Of a stretch of DNA of 64,000 bases, positions 9,740 to 18,156 are shown piece after piece. Within the stretch, counting starts at the first letter, position 1. The number at the start of each line of letters is the position of its first letter. Under the pieces are notes generated by a model. The model saw only the letters and a list, made by a program, of their open reading frames with translations, did no database searches and was not told the origin of the DNA. The position numbers and the translations under genes are program-made. This stretch comes from an uncultured Candidatus Binatia bacterium (GTDB taxonomy: Bacteria > Desulfobacterota > Binatia > UBA9968 > JAJDTQ01), in NCBI GenBank assembly GCA_965215605.1, contig OZ244070.1, positions 2,912,001-2,976,000 of the forward strand, written 5' to 3'.

Positions 9740-10498
9740 TCACCGGGCGCGTGCTACGAAGAACGCGTAGCCGTAGTAGTCTGAATACGCCTTCCAGATA
9801 TCGATCTCGCGCTGAGTTTGATCGGCCAACACCCGCGCCTCGGGATGCGTGCGGTGACGTGCCCGGAACGCCGTCACGTTCCGTTGGAGTGGACGGTAGT
9901 AGTCGTCCCACCACGCGGACCGCGGCAGCATGAAGTGTCCCACCGTATCGTAACCGCACGCGCCGATGGCGGTCAGGAGCGCCGCCCTGTCGCGGATAGC
10001 CGGGTATTCCTGGTTCCAGAACGAGACGCATTCCTCCGGCGGGCCGGGGTTCGTCCAGCAGACCTCGGAAAAGACCGCATGCCCGCCGTGCACGAGGAGG
10101 CGGCGCCAGTCACGCAAAGCGGCCTCGACACCCGCGATGTAGATGGCGCCCTCGCACCAGATCAGGTCGAACGAGGCGTCCGGGAAATCGAGATGGTGCA
10201 TGTCTGCGACGTGCGCCTGCAAGCGGTCGGAGAGGTTGAGGCGGTGCGCCTCATCATTCAGGACGTCGACGAACGGCGGATGGTTGTCGATGGCGACAAT
10301 GTGCACCGAAGAGTTCCGTGCCAGTACCCGCGTCTGCAATCCGGTGCCGCAGCCCACGTCGAGAATGCGGGTTCCGGGTCCAACATCCGGAACGAGGGAG
10401 AGGGCCCGGAGCGTGCTGGCGGCATCGCCGGGTCCCTGGCGCGGCAGCCCGCTAAAGAGCTCGAAGAACAAGGCGGCGGTGGTCGTGTCTTCCGGCAT
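9740..10498 (-). CDS. Class I SAM-dependent methyltransferase
   Basis: LPRQGPG, ILDVGCGTG and FDLIWCEGAIY motifs. Confidence 0.9.
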   Translation of the reverse strand: MPEDTTTAALFFELFSGLPRQGPGDAASTLRALSLVPDVGPGTRILDVGCGTGLQTRVLARNSSVHIVAIDNHPPFVDVLNDEAHRLNLSDRLQAHVADMHHLDFPDASFDLIWCEGAIYIAGVEAALRDWRRLLVHGGHAVFSEVCWTNPGPPEECVSFWNQEYPAIRDRAALLTAIGACGYDTVGHFMLPRSAWWDDYYRPLQRNVTAFRARHRTHPEARVLADQTQREIDIWKAYSDYYGYAFFVARAR

Positions 10499-10575
10499 AC
10501 GGGTCAACCCCTGGTGTCCAGGTCCGCGTCGACACGCCTTGTCTTTCCCCGGACGTTTGGATAGGCAAGGACATC

Positions 10576-11646
10576 ATGGCGCTGTTCCTCACCAACGAGG
10601 AAGTGGAGCGGCTCGTCACCGTCGAGGACGCCATCGAGGTGCTGGAGCCCACCTTCGCCGATCTTGGCGCCGGCCGGCTGTCGAGCCGTCCGCGCACGCT
10701 CAACTATACCGGCCTCGGTGACGGGGAGTTCTATCTCTACTCCTGCATGGATGCCTCGGTGCCGCGCTACGGCGTGCACCTGATACGGATGACCTCGGAA
10801 CATCTGTCACGCAAGGTGGTAAAGGGTTTTCCCCGACGTTACCAGATTCCCAACCCCGCGGGCAAGTTCTCCGGCCTGATCATCATGTTCAGCATCGAGG
10901 ACCACGCGCCGCTGGCGATGTTTCAGGACGCGGTGCTCAACCGTACCATGATCGGCGCCACCAGCGGCATTGCCGCCAAGTATCTCAGCCGGGCCGACAG
11001 CGAGGTGATGGCGTTGCTGGGCGCCGGATGGCTGGCGCCGACCCAGGTGATCGGCCATTGCGCGGTCCGGCCGATCCGCGAGATCCGGGTCTACGGCCCG
11101 ACGGAGGAGCACAAGCTCGGCCTGTGCGAGGCCATGGAAGGACGCGTCTCCGCCAAACTGATGCCGGTGGCCAGCACGGAGGAGGCGGTAGAGGGCGCCG
11201 ACATCATCGCCTGCGCCACCAACTCCTACGAGCCGGTGTTCGACGGCGCCATGCTGAAACCCGGCCACTACGTCGGCTCGCTCCAGGTCGGAGAACTCGA
11301 CGAACTCACCCACGAGACCGCCGATACCATCACCGCCCGCGCCCGAGAGCCGGCCACCATCTGGCACATGAAGACCGGCGAGACACCCGCCGATCAGCTC
11401 TGGCTGGAGCGCTGGAAGCCCCACTGGAACGACAAGCTCAAGTTCCTGGGCGAGATCGTCGAGGGCCTCGACCAGGGCCGTACGCGCGACGACGACATCA
11501 CGCTATTCGGCGGCGTCGGCACCGGCCCCTCCAGCGGGCTGGGGCTGCAATACATTCCCGCCTGGGTCGCCTATCGGCGCGCACGCGAACAGGGCATCGG
11601 CTTCGAAATCCCCGATGAGTTGTTCCTCCAGGACGTCCATCCATAG
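10576..11646 (+). CDS. Ornithine cyclodeaminase/mu-crystallin family protein
   Basis: GATSGIAAKYL, LLGAGWLA, ADIIACATNS and GRTRDDDITLF motifs. Confidence 0.85.
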   Translation: MALFLTNEEVERLVTVEDAIEVLEPTFADLGAGRLSSRPRTLNYTGLGDGEFYLYSCMDASVPRYGVHLIRMTSEHLSRKVVKGFPRRYQIPNPAGKFSGLIIMFSIEDHAPLAMFQDAVLNRTMIGATSGIAAKYLSRADSEVMALLGAGWLAPTQVIGHCAVRPIREIRVYGPTEEHKLGLCEAMEGRVSAKLMPVASTEEAVEGADIIACATNSYEPVFDGAMLKPGHYVGSLQVGELDELTHETADTITARAREPATIWHMKTGETPADQLWLERWKPHWNDKLKFLGEIVEGLDQGRTRDDDITLFGGVGTGPSSGLGLQYIPAWVAYRRAREQGIGFEIPDELFLQDVHP

Positions 11647-11648
11647 GA

Positions 11649-11700
11649 ACCCTGACTTGGAACTATAGCCATTATCCCGAGAACGTCCGACATCTACCAT
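11649..11700 (-). pseudogene. N-terminal stub of a MazF/PemK-type toxin
   Basis: Immediately after the MazE-like tail; encodes (Y/I)VPSQG, resembling the MazF YVPxxGD start, then runs into the convergent gene. Confidence 0.45.
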
Positions 11701-12227
11701 TCTTCCTTGCCGACCGGTGGTCCCCAGTCGAGTTCATCCGCCGTGTACTCCTTCGGCACTTCGGACACCAATGCCTTCAGGTCATGCCTCGTCCGCCTTC
11801 TTGATACGGGTGGGGAAGACGCGAGTGCAAATTCGGCAAGCTTAGCAAGCAGCGTTGACGATGGGTGTGCGCTATTGTATTGGCCCTTCTTCAGCCACGA
11901 CTCGGTCGTCAGCCAGGAGGTTGTCCTCCCTACGACTTCGACGAGTTCATCGTGTGGTATCAAGTACCAAGTTCCGCTGACCGGAAAAGCCATGTGCACC
12001 GCCTTTCCCTGGTACTTCTTGGCGATGGTCAGGCGAGCCTTCAACTGCACTTTGAGGGTTTGCTCACCATCCTTGTGGTAGGCCAGGAAGTCGGCACCCT
12101 GCCAGTCGTCGTGGAGCTTGATGCAGTTGAAACCGTAGTCCGCCAGTAGACCCGCGACTTTCTGAAAATTGTAGATCTCCTTCTGTTTCGCACTGAGGTT
12201 CTGATAGGTGACTCGCTTGAGCTTCAT
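11694..12227 (-). CDS. PD-(D/E)xK-like hypothetical protein with a MazE-like C-terminal tail
   Basis: GADFLA...LKVQLK (D...QxK) core; C-terminus RHDLKALVSEVP...ELDWGPPVGKEEW resembles the E. coli MazE end (IDWGEPKDKEVW). Confidence 0.7.
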   Translation of the reverse strand: MKLKRVTYQNLSAKQKEIYNFQKVAGLLADYGFNCIKLHDDWQGADFLAYHKDGEQTLKVQLKARLTIAKKYQGKAVHMAFPVSGTWYLIPHDELVEVVGRTTSWLTTESWLKKGQYNSAHPSSTLLAKLAEFALASSPPVSRRRTRHDLKALVSEVPKEYTADELDWGPPVGKEEW

Positions 12228-12272
12228 CGTCGTGTTTCTCCTGCCTAATTGATGTTGATTTCAGCTCGCGCT

Positions 12273-13499
12273 TTACCGTTGCGACCACAGCGCCGAAATA
12301 GGCGCCGCGAACAGGCGCTCGCCGAACGGCACGACGTGTTCGTGGTCGTGGAGCACCAGTCCCAGAACGAAGCGGTCGCCGCAGGCTTCCGACAGGCGGC
12401 GAAGGCCCGCGAAGTCTCGTGAGGTCACTGTGGCGGAAGCCTTGACCTCGATTCCGACCACTCGCCCGCGCCGGTCCTCGATGACGATATCGACCTCTTT
12501 CCGCTCCTTGTCGCGGAAATGGGAGAACTCATAGCGTTCTTCAGACCAACTGGCCAGTTTCAGTAGCTCGGCGAGAACGAAAGTTTCGAGGACTGGTCCG
12601 AACAGCCTCTTGTTTTCCCTCACGCGTTTGGGGGTGATGTCTCTCAGGGCGGCGAGCAAGCCTGCATCGAGGAAGTGCAGCTTGGGTGTTTTGGTGAGCC
12701 GCTTGAGCACATTGCTGAACCAGGGTTGAAGGGTGTGCAGGAGGAACAGGCTCTCGAAGACGCCGGTGTATCTCCGCGTGGTGGGGTGGTTCATGCCCAG
12801 CGGCGCGCCGAAACCGGAATAGTTGACGAGTTGTCCGGAGTGTTCGGCGAGGACCCGCAAGAGCCTGGGCATCAGCGGTATCTTCTCGAACTGGGCGGTG
12901 TCGCGGATGTCCCGTTGAACGATGGCCTCGATGTAGTCGAGGTACCAGTCCTGTCGAGTGTTCCACCGCGAGCGGGTCAGAGCTTCCGGATAACCGCCGG
13001 CCAGAACCCTTTCGATCAAGTCGGCTCCGACCACGATGTCGCCGAGATTCGGCACTTGGCCTTCGAAGGCTGCGTCGAGGAAGGCGGATGGTCTCCCTTT
13101 CAACTCCGCCTGGGCCAGAGGCAGGAGGCGCACGACCTTCATCCGACCGGCAAGCGAATCGGCCACCCGGGGCACCGTCATGAGATTCGCGGAGCCGGTG
13201 AGCAAGAAACGTCCGGGTCTCGGGTCGGCATCTACAGCCGTCTTGATGGCAAGTAACAGATCGGGCGCGCGCTGAATCTCGTCGATCACCGCCCGGTCGA
13301 GGCCCCGTATGAAACCCACCGGGTCCGCTAGGGCCGCATCCAGCGTGGTCTGGTCGTCAAGGTTCAGAAACGGGATTTCTCGGCTCGCAATCTGCCTTGC
13401 GAGCGTCGTCTTTCCCGACTGCCGGGGTCCGGATACGAGCACCACCCTCGTATGGGTCAGCGCGTCATGGATACGGTCTTCGATGAAGCGCGAATACAT
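12273..13499 (-). CDS. AAA_14 ATPase with wHTH and DUF4143 (C-terminal PD-(D/E)xK-like) domains
   Basis: GPRQSGKTT, IDEIQR, LTGS, SLAGR, GGYP, KLHFLDAGL and EVDIVIE...IEVK motifs. Confidence 0.92.
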   Translation of the reverse strand: MYSRFIEDRIHDALTHTRVVLVSGPRQSGKTTLARQIASREIPFLNLDDQTTLDAALADPVGFIRGLDRAVIDEIQRAPDLLLAIKTAVDADPRPGRFLLTGSANLMTVPRVADSLAGRMKVVRLLPLAQAELKGRPSAFLDAAFEGQVPNLGDIVVGADLIERVLAGGYPEALTRSRWNTRQDWYLDYIEAIVQRDIRDTAQFEKIPLMPRLLRVLAEHSGQLVNYSGFGAPLGMNHPTTRRYTGVFESLFLLHTLQPWFSNVLKRLTKTPKLHFLDAGLLAALRDITPKRVRENKRLFGPVLETFVLAELLKLASWSEERYEFSHFRDKERKEVDIVIEDRRGRVVGIEVKASATVTSRDFAGLRRLSEACGDRFVLGLVLHDHEHVVPFGERLFAAPISALWSQR

Positions 13500-13529
13500 A
13501 ACCACATCTCTTCAAGTAGTTGACGTGTA

Positions 13530-13559
13530 AGGATATGTATCCGACCAATTGAAAGTCAA
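13530..13559 (-). promoter_or_regulatory. Putative sigma70 promoter of the AAA_14 gene, overlapped by a repeat unit
   Basis: Minus strand TTGACT-N18-TATCCT. Confidence 0.5.
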
Positions 13560-13622
13560 GGTCCGACCAATTGAAAGTTGGAGAGCGACCAATTGAAGGT
13601 GAAGCACTGACCGATTGAAGGC
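13543..13622. repeat. Four direct repeats with exact 22-bp period (iteron-like)
   Basis: GACC(A/G)ATTGAA(A/G)G starts at 13543, 13565, 13587 and 13609; variable linkers of about 8 nt. Confidence 0.9.
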
Positions 13623-13654
13623 CTGTGCAGGAAGGCAGGCTTGGGATCCCGCCT

Positions 13655-15058
13655 CTACTCGCTGACGACGCACGCCTTCAGCCCTTCCCGCGAGCCCCGG
13701 TCCCATTCCTCTTCGTAGTTGGGCCAGTCGTTCAGGAAGAGCATGTCGTCGTAGGTGGCGTGGCCGGAGCCCCAGCGGCGCTCGGGGTGCACGGAGTCGT
13801 GGTGGGGGAAGGGGAGGCGGTATTTCTTCCAGCTCTCGTAGTAGCGGCGCATGATCTGGATGTAGAACTCCAGGGGGATGGCGGGTTGCTCGTGCTGGGA
13901 GACGAGGTCGGAGCCGGGTTCCCGGCGCCACTGGTTGAAGCGCGGGAAGATGCCGTGGCGCATCATGAAGTCTACGCCGTCGCCGGTGGACCTGACCGCG
14001 TCCGGGATGTTGTCGAAGCCGTAAGGCCGGGCCAGCTCCACGCCGCAGACGAAGTTGGGCCGGGCGTTGCCCTCGCCCAGGACCTCCACCGACTCGATCA
14101 TCCACTTGACCCAGTTGTCCCAGCCGATGCGGCGGTTCTTGCCCGGGTTGATCCACTCGAACAGCCGCTTGTCCCAGACCTCCATGTTGGCGTGGTGGCA
14201 GTCGACGCCCTCGGCGCGGTAGCGCTTCATGGTCTCCTTGTCCTTGGCGTTGGTCTGGATGTTGACGTAGCGGCGGTGGCCGCCCCACTTGAGGGCCGAG
14301 GCGTATTCCAGGTAGAAGTCGTCCTCCGACTTGCGGTGGAGGGTCTTCAGGATGGTGCCGCCGGAGATCAGGAAGTCGATGGGCGGAGCGTAGCCCACTT
14401 CGTCGATGGCGTCCTGCTCAATGGAGCGGGCGACCTCGGCCACGTAGGACACGGGCTTCACCGGCGTATTGAAGGTGAAGTCCCGGGACTCCTTCATCTG
14501 GCGCACGTTGACGTTGATGTCGCAGAAGCGGCACTCCTCGTCCGGCCCCCAGTACTGGCAGTTGCGGAACACCGTGGCGAAATAGCCGAAGGCGATGATC
14601 TCGTGGTACTTGGTGCCGTCCTCGAAGGACCGCGTGTAGTACTTGAGCGGCTTGGGGAAGCTCACGTCACAGAGTTCACGCCCGTCCAGCAACAGCCGCA
14701 CCTCCCCGTCGATCACGTCGATCACATAGGGCGAATCGGGGTTCAGGGTGGTCTGGACGATGACGGGCCGCAGGCCCAGGTGGCCGCCGCGGATGGCGAA
14801 CCACTCGGGCGTCCTGCGGTGTTCCTTCCGCTTCATGTCTTTCATGGACATCAGGTCGTAGGAGAACAGCCGGTAGGACTTGACCAGGGCGTCGGAGGCC
14901 AGCTCCAGGGCGGCGTCCGTGAACCAGTGGCCCACCCGCAGGAGATCCATCTTGAGGATGACTTCGCGGGGCATGTCCTCGTAGTTGCGCAGGTGCCACT
15001 CGAGGTATTCCGTCTCGCTCGACGAGGTGACGCTGTCCAGTTCGGCCGTGGTGGTCAT
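13655..15058 (-). CDS. Radical SAM protein with a non-canonical CX8CX2C motif
   Basis: CQYWGPDEECRFC, ISGG, NMEVWD...INPGK and NFVCG motifs. Confidence 0.8.
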   Translation of the reverse strand: MTTTAELDSVTSSSETEYLEWHLRNYEDMPREVILKMDLLRVGHWFTDAALELASDALVKSYRLFSYDLMSMKDMKRKEHRRTPEWFAIRGGHLGLRPVIVQTTLNPDSPYVIDVIDGEVRLLLDGRELCDVSFPKPLKYYTRSFEDGTKYHEIIAFGYFATVFRNCQYWGPDEECRFCDINVNVRQMKESRDFTFNTPVKPVSYVAEVARSIEQDAIDEVGYAPPIDFLISGGTILKTLHRKSEDDFYLEYASALKWGGHRRYVNIQTNAKDKETMKRYRAEGVDCHHANMEVWDKRLFEWINPGKNRRIGWDNWVKWMIESVEVLGEGNARPNFVCGVELARPYGFDNIPDAVRSTGDGVDFMMRHGIFPRFNQWRREPGSDLVSQHEQPAIPLEFYIQIMRRYYESWKKYRLPFPHHDSVHPERRWGSGHATYDDMLFLNDWPNYEEEWDRGSREGLKACVVSE

Positions 15059-15081
15059 GGTCCCGGCTCCGGCTGCCTACG

Positions 15082-16446
15082 CTACCCCGCGTAGCGCGGC
15101 ACGATGTTGGTCGGCGTGTACTCGGCCGGCGCCTCGGTCACGAACAGCTCGGGTTCGATGCCGTAGAGCCGCCGGGCGTTGCCGCCCAGCATCTTTTCCT
15201 GCACCTCCCGGGGCACGCCGTGCTTGTCCATGTTGTCGACGGCTTCCCAGGTGTCCGAGGCGTCGTGGTGCGGCATGTCGGACGACCACAGGGCGATGTC
15301 CTCGAAGATGTCCCACAGCCTGAGGGTGATGTCCTCGTCGCTCTCGAAGGCGATGAAGCACTGCCGGGCGAAGGTCTCCCGCGGGTCGCCGACCTTCTGC
15401 GGCGGCACGGCCTGTTCCCGGACGAAGCGGTAAAGGTCGAGGTAGGTCTCAGCCTTCTCCAGGATCAGCGGCAGCCAGCTCGAGTTGGATTCCAGGATGG
15501 CCACCCTGAGCTTGGGGAACTTTTCCAGCCAGCCCGTGAGCATCACGACCATGGTCCAGGTCTGGGCCTCGCTGATGAAGCTCAGGGACTCGGAGCCGGG
15601 CTGCACCGACCCCATGCTGCGCATGATGTTCTCCACGAACTGCCCAGGGGAGTACACGTAGACGTCGTGGGCGGCAAAAGGGGAGCGCTTGGCGCTGCTC
15701 TTGCCCTGGGTGCCGGCCGACATGCGCTCCGCCATGGCTTCGGTGACGGCCTCGCCGCCGGACGGGAACGTGTGCATTCCCAAGGCCAGTCCCAGCTCCT
15801 CGAACTCCTTCCACAAGGGGTCGAACTCGGGGAAGGTGGGGTAGCGGTCGTTGACCAGCACCGGCCGCACCACCGCGGACTTGAAGCCCAGCCTGGCCAC
15901 CCGGCGCAATTCCTGGACCGCGTAGTCCACGTCCTGGACGGGAAGCACGGCGCAGGGATAGAGGCGCTTGCGGTCGGCGGCGCAGTAGTCGTTGACCCAG
16001 TCGTTGTAGGCGGCGGCGCAGATCCGGGCGGCGTCGGCGTTCTTCACCAGCGGCATGCGCACGAAGGTGGACGGGAACACCATCACCTGGTCGATGCCCG
16101 ACGCGTCCATGTCCTTGAGGCGGACGTGGGGGTCCCGCTGGCTGGCGTTGCGGCCGATTTCCTCGTCCCACCGGGGATCGTCGGGCGCGATGGAGCCCAG
16201 GATCTTCTTGTTCATGCCCGGGTGCCAGCCTTGTCCCGGATAGGCGTAGGTGTTGGGGTTGCCGTAGCTCACCTGGCCGTTCACGACCATCACGAGCCGG
16301 TCCATGTCCCGGTAGAAATGCTGCTTGGCGAACGCCCGCTGCTTCTCCGGTATGTACTCGTCCCAGACTTCCCGGGGTTCGTGGATGTGACTGTCGCAGT
16401 CGAAGACGGAAAAATCCTTGGTACGCCCTTGTGCCGTGTAGGCCAT
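15082..16446 (-). CDS. Amidohydro_2-family metalloenzyme
   Basis: DCDSHIHE, AYNDW, LGMH, ILES and WSSDMPHHD motifs. Confidence 0.88.
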   Translation of the reverse strand: MAYTAQGRTKDFSVFDCDSHIHEPREVWDEYIPEKQRAFAKQHFYRDMDRLVMVVNGQVSYGNPNTYAYPGQGWHPGMNKKILGSIAPDDPRWDEEIGRNASQRDPHVRLKDMDASGIDQVMVFPSTFVRMPLVKNADAARICAAAYNDWVNDYCAADRKRLYPCAVLPVQDVDYAVQELRRVARLGFKSAVVRPVLVNDRYPTFPEFDPLWKEFEELGLALGMHTFPSGGEAVTEAMAERMSAGTQGKSSAKRSPFAAHDVYVYSPGQFVENIMRSMGSVQPGSESLSFISEAQTWTMVVMLTGWLEKFPKLRVAILESNSSWLPLILEKAETYLDLYRFVREQAVPPQKVGDPRETFARQCFIAFESDEDITLRLWDIFEDIALWSSDMPHHDASDTWEAVDNMDKHGVPREVQEKMLGGNARRLYGIEPELFVTEAPAEYTPTNIVPRYAG

Positions 16447-16532
16447 CACGAACTCCTCGCTGGACGCAGCGCCCGGCGCGTGTCCGGCGAGAGCCATCGG
16501 CCGGGCGGGCGGACCCAGGGTTGCGGCCGGGC

Positions 16533-16976
16533 TTACGCGCTCGGCTTGAACTTCGGCAGCGTGTACTCCTCGTGGTCCTCGTACACCACCTCCACCGCCA
16601 TCCCCACTTTCACCTCGTCGGGCGGGATGTCGATGACGTTGCTCACGAGCCGCGGCCCCTCATCGAGGTCCACGAGCGAGACGTTGTAGGGAATCTGGTC
16701 CTGGTAGGCCGGATGCCACGCCCGGTGGTAGGTGACGAAGGAGTAGATGGTGCCCTTGCCGCTCACCGGCACCCACTCGTTGTCCGATGACAGGCATTTG
16801 GCGCACAGCGCCTGGGGCGGAAAGTTGAAGTACGTCCCGCAGCCGTTGCACCGCTGCACGGTGAGCTTGTGCTCCTTGAGATTGTCCCAGAAGGGCTTGG
16901 CCTCCATCTCCGCGAGAAAAGGTTCGGCGCGGGGCGCCGCGCGCCCCCGCTTGTCGTGTGCCTCTGTCTTGCTCAT
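16533..16976 (-). CDS. DUF35 Zn-ribbon/OB-fold protein
   Basis: QRCNGCG..FPP..CAKC, SGKGTIYSF and VDLDEGPRL motifs. Confidence 0.9.
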   Translation of the reverse strand: MSKTEAHDKRGRAAPRAEPFLAEMEAKPFWDNLKEHKLTVQRCNGCGTYFNFPPQALCAKCLSSDNEWVPVSGKGTIYSFVTYHRAWHPAYQDQIPYNVSLVDLDEGPRLVSNVIDIPPDEVKVGMAVEVVYEDHEEYTLPKFKPSA

Positions 16977-18127
16977 TGTACCCCCAGTACGAGTGATGCG
17001 TGCATGCACAGGCTGCCGCCGTGCCCGCTGATGACTCCCGCCTTCGCGCCCTGCACCTGCCGCTCGGGCTCCACCTCGTTGCCGCGCAACTGCTTGACGC
17101 CCTCGGTGACGTGCATGATGCCCTCAAGATGGGCCTGGGAAAGCAGCCCGCCGTGGGTGTTCACCGGGATCTCGCCGCCCACCTCGATGCGCCCGTCCTT
17201 GATGAAGTCCTTGCCCTCGCCCTTGCCGCAGAAACCGTAGTCCTCGATGGTGATCAGCGTGGTGATGGTGAAGCAGTCGTAGAACTGCGCGAAGGCCATG
17301 TCCCTGGGGCCGAGCCCGGCCATGCGGTAGGCCGCCTCCGACGATTTCCGGCTCCCCAGAGTCGTCAGCGTGGGCGCGTCCATGACGCTGGAGTGCGGGT
17401 GGTGCTGCCCCATGCCCAACACCTGCACGGGCCTCTTGGCCAGATCCCGGGCCCGCTCCATGCTGGTCACCAGCAGGGCGGCGCCGCCGTCCGACTCCAG
17501 CGAGCAGTCGAACAGGTGCAGCGGCTCCACGATCAGCCGGGAGTTCTGATGGTCCTCGATGGACATGGGCTTCTGCATGGTGGCGTTCCTGTTCATGCAC
17601 GCGTGCTTGCGGGTGGACACCGCGATCTGGCCCAAGTCCTCGCTGGTGGTGCCGAACTCGTGCATGTGGCGCGTGGCCGCGAACGCGTGGTTGGCCACCG
17701 CGGAGAAATGACCCCAGGGCTGCTCCCAGTGCTCATCGCCGCTGCGGATGGGGTAGCCCGGCGTGGGGTCCGGCGTCGCCCGCTTGCGCGCGTGCACGCA
17801 CACCACGTAGTTGGCCATGCCCGCCTCAATGGCCATCACCGCATTCTGGATCATGGCGATGGGCGTGGCGCCCCCCAGCGCCAGGTCGGTGGCGTAGCTG
17901 GGGTCGATGCCCGCCATGTGGGCCAGCCGCACCGCGTAGCTCCGGTGGGCGTCGGTGAGAGGCTGGTTGGTCAACAGACCGTCCACCTGGGACGCGTCGA
18001 CGCCGGCGTCCTCCAGGCACAGGCGGATGGCTTCGACGTGCAGCGAGTTGGTGGTGGCTTCGGGCCGCTTGCCCACCTGGGTCTCGCCCACGCCGACGAC
18101 GGCGTACTTGCCCGAAAGGTTTGACAT
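16973..18127 (-). CDS. SCP2-type thiolase-like protein (Ltp2-like, no nucleophilic Cys)
   Basis: AVVGVGET, LGGA in place of the catalytic Cys, DCSLESDGG, FYDCFT and NTHGGLLSQAH motifs. Confidence 0.88.
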   Translation of the reverse strand: MSNLSGKYAVVGVGETQVGKRPEATTNSLHVEAIRLCLEDAGVDASQVDGLLTNQPLTDAHRSYAVRLAHMAGIDPSYATDLALGGATPIAMIQNAVMAIEAGMANYVVCVHARKRATPDPTPGYPIRSGDEHWEQPWGHFSAVANHAFAATRHMHEFGTTSEDLGQIAVSTRKHACMNRNATMQKPMSIEDHQNSRLIVEPLHLFDCSLESDGGAALLVTSMERARDLAKRPVQVLGMGQHHPHSSVMDAPTLTTLGSRKSSEAAYRMAGLGPRDMAFAQFYDCFTITTLITIEDYGFCGKGEGKDFIKDGRIEVGGEIPVNTHGGLLSQAHLEGIMHVTEGVKQLRGNEVEPERQVQGAKAGVISGHGGSLCMHASLVLGVQ

Positions 18128-18156
18128 GACGGTGCTCCTTGTCTCTTCGGAAGGGC

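Noticed and set aside
13543-13622. CRISPR or mini-array interpretation of the 22-bp repeats
   Set aside because: Linkers are only about 8 nt, repeats about 14 nt, and no cas genes are present; it fits protein-binding sites better.
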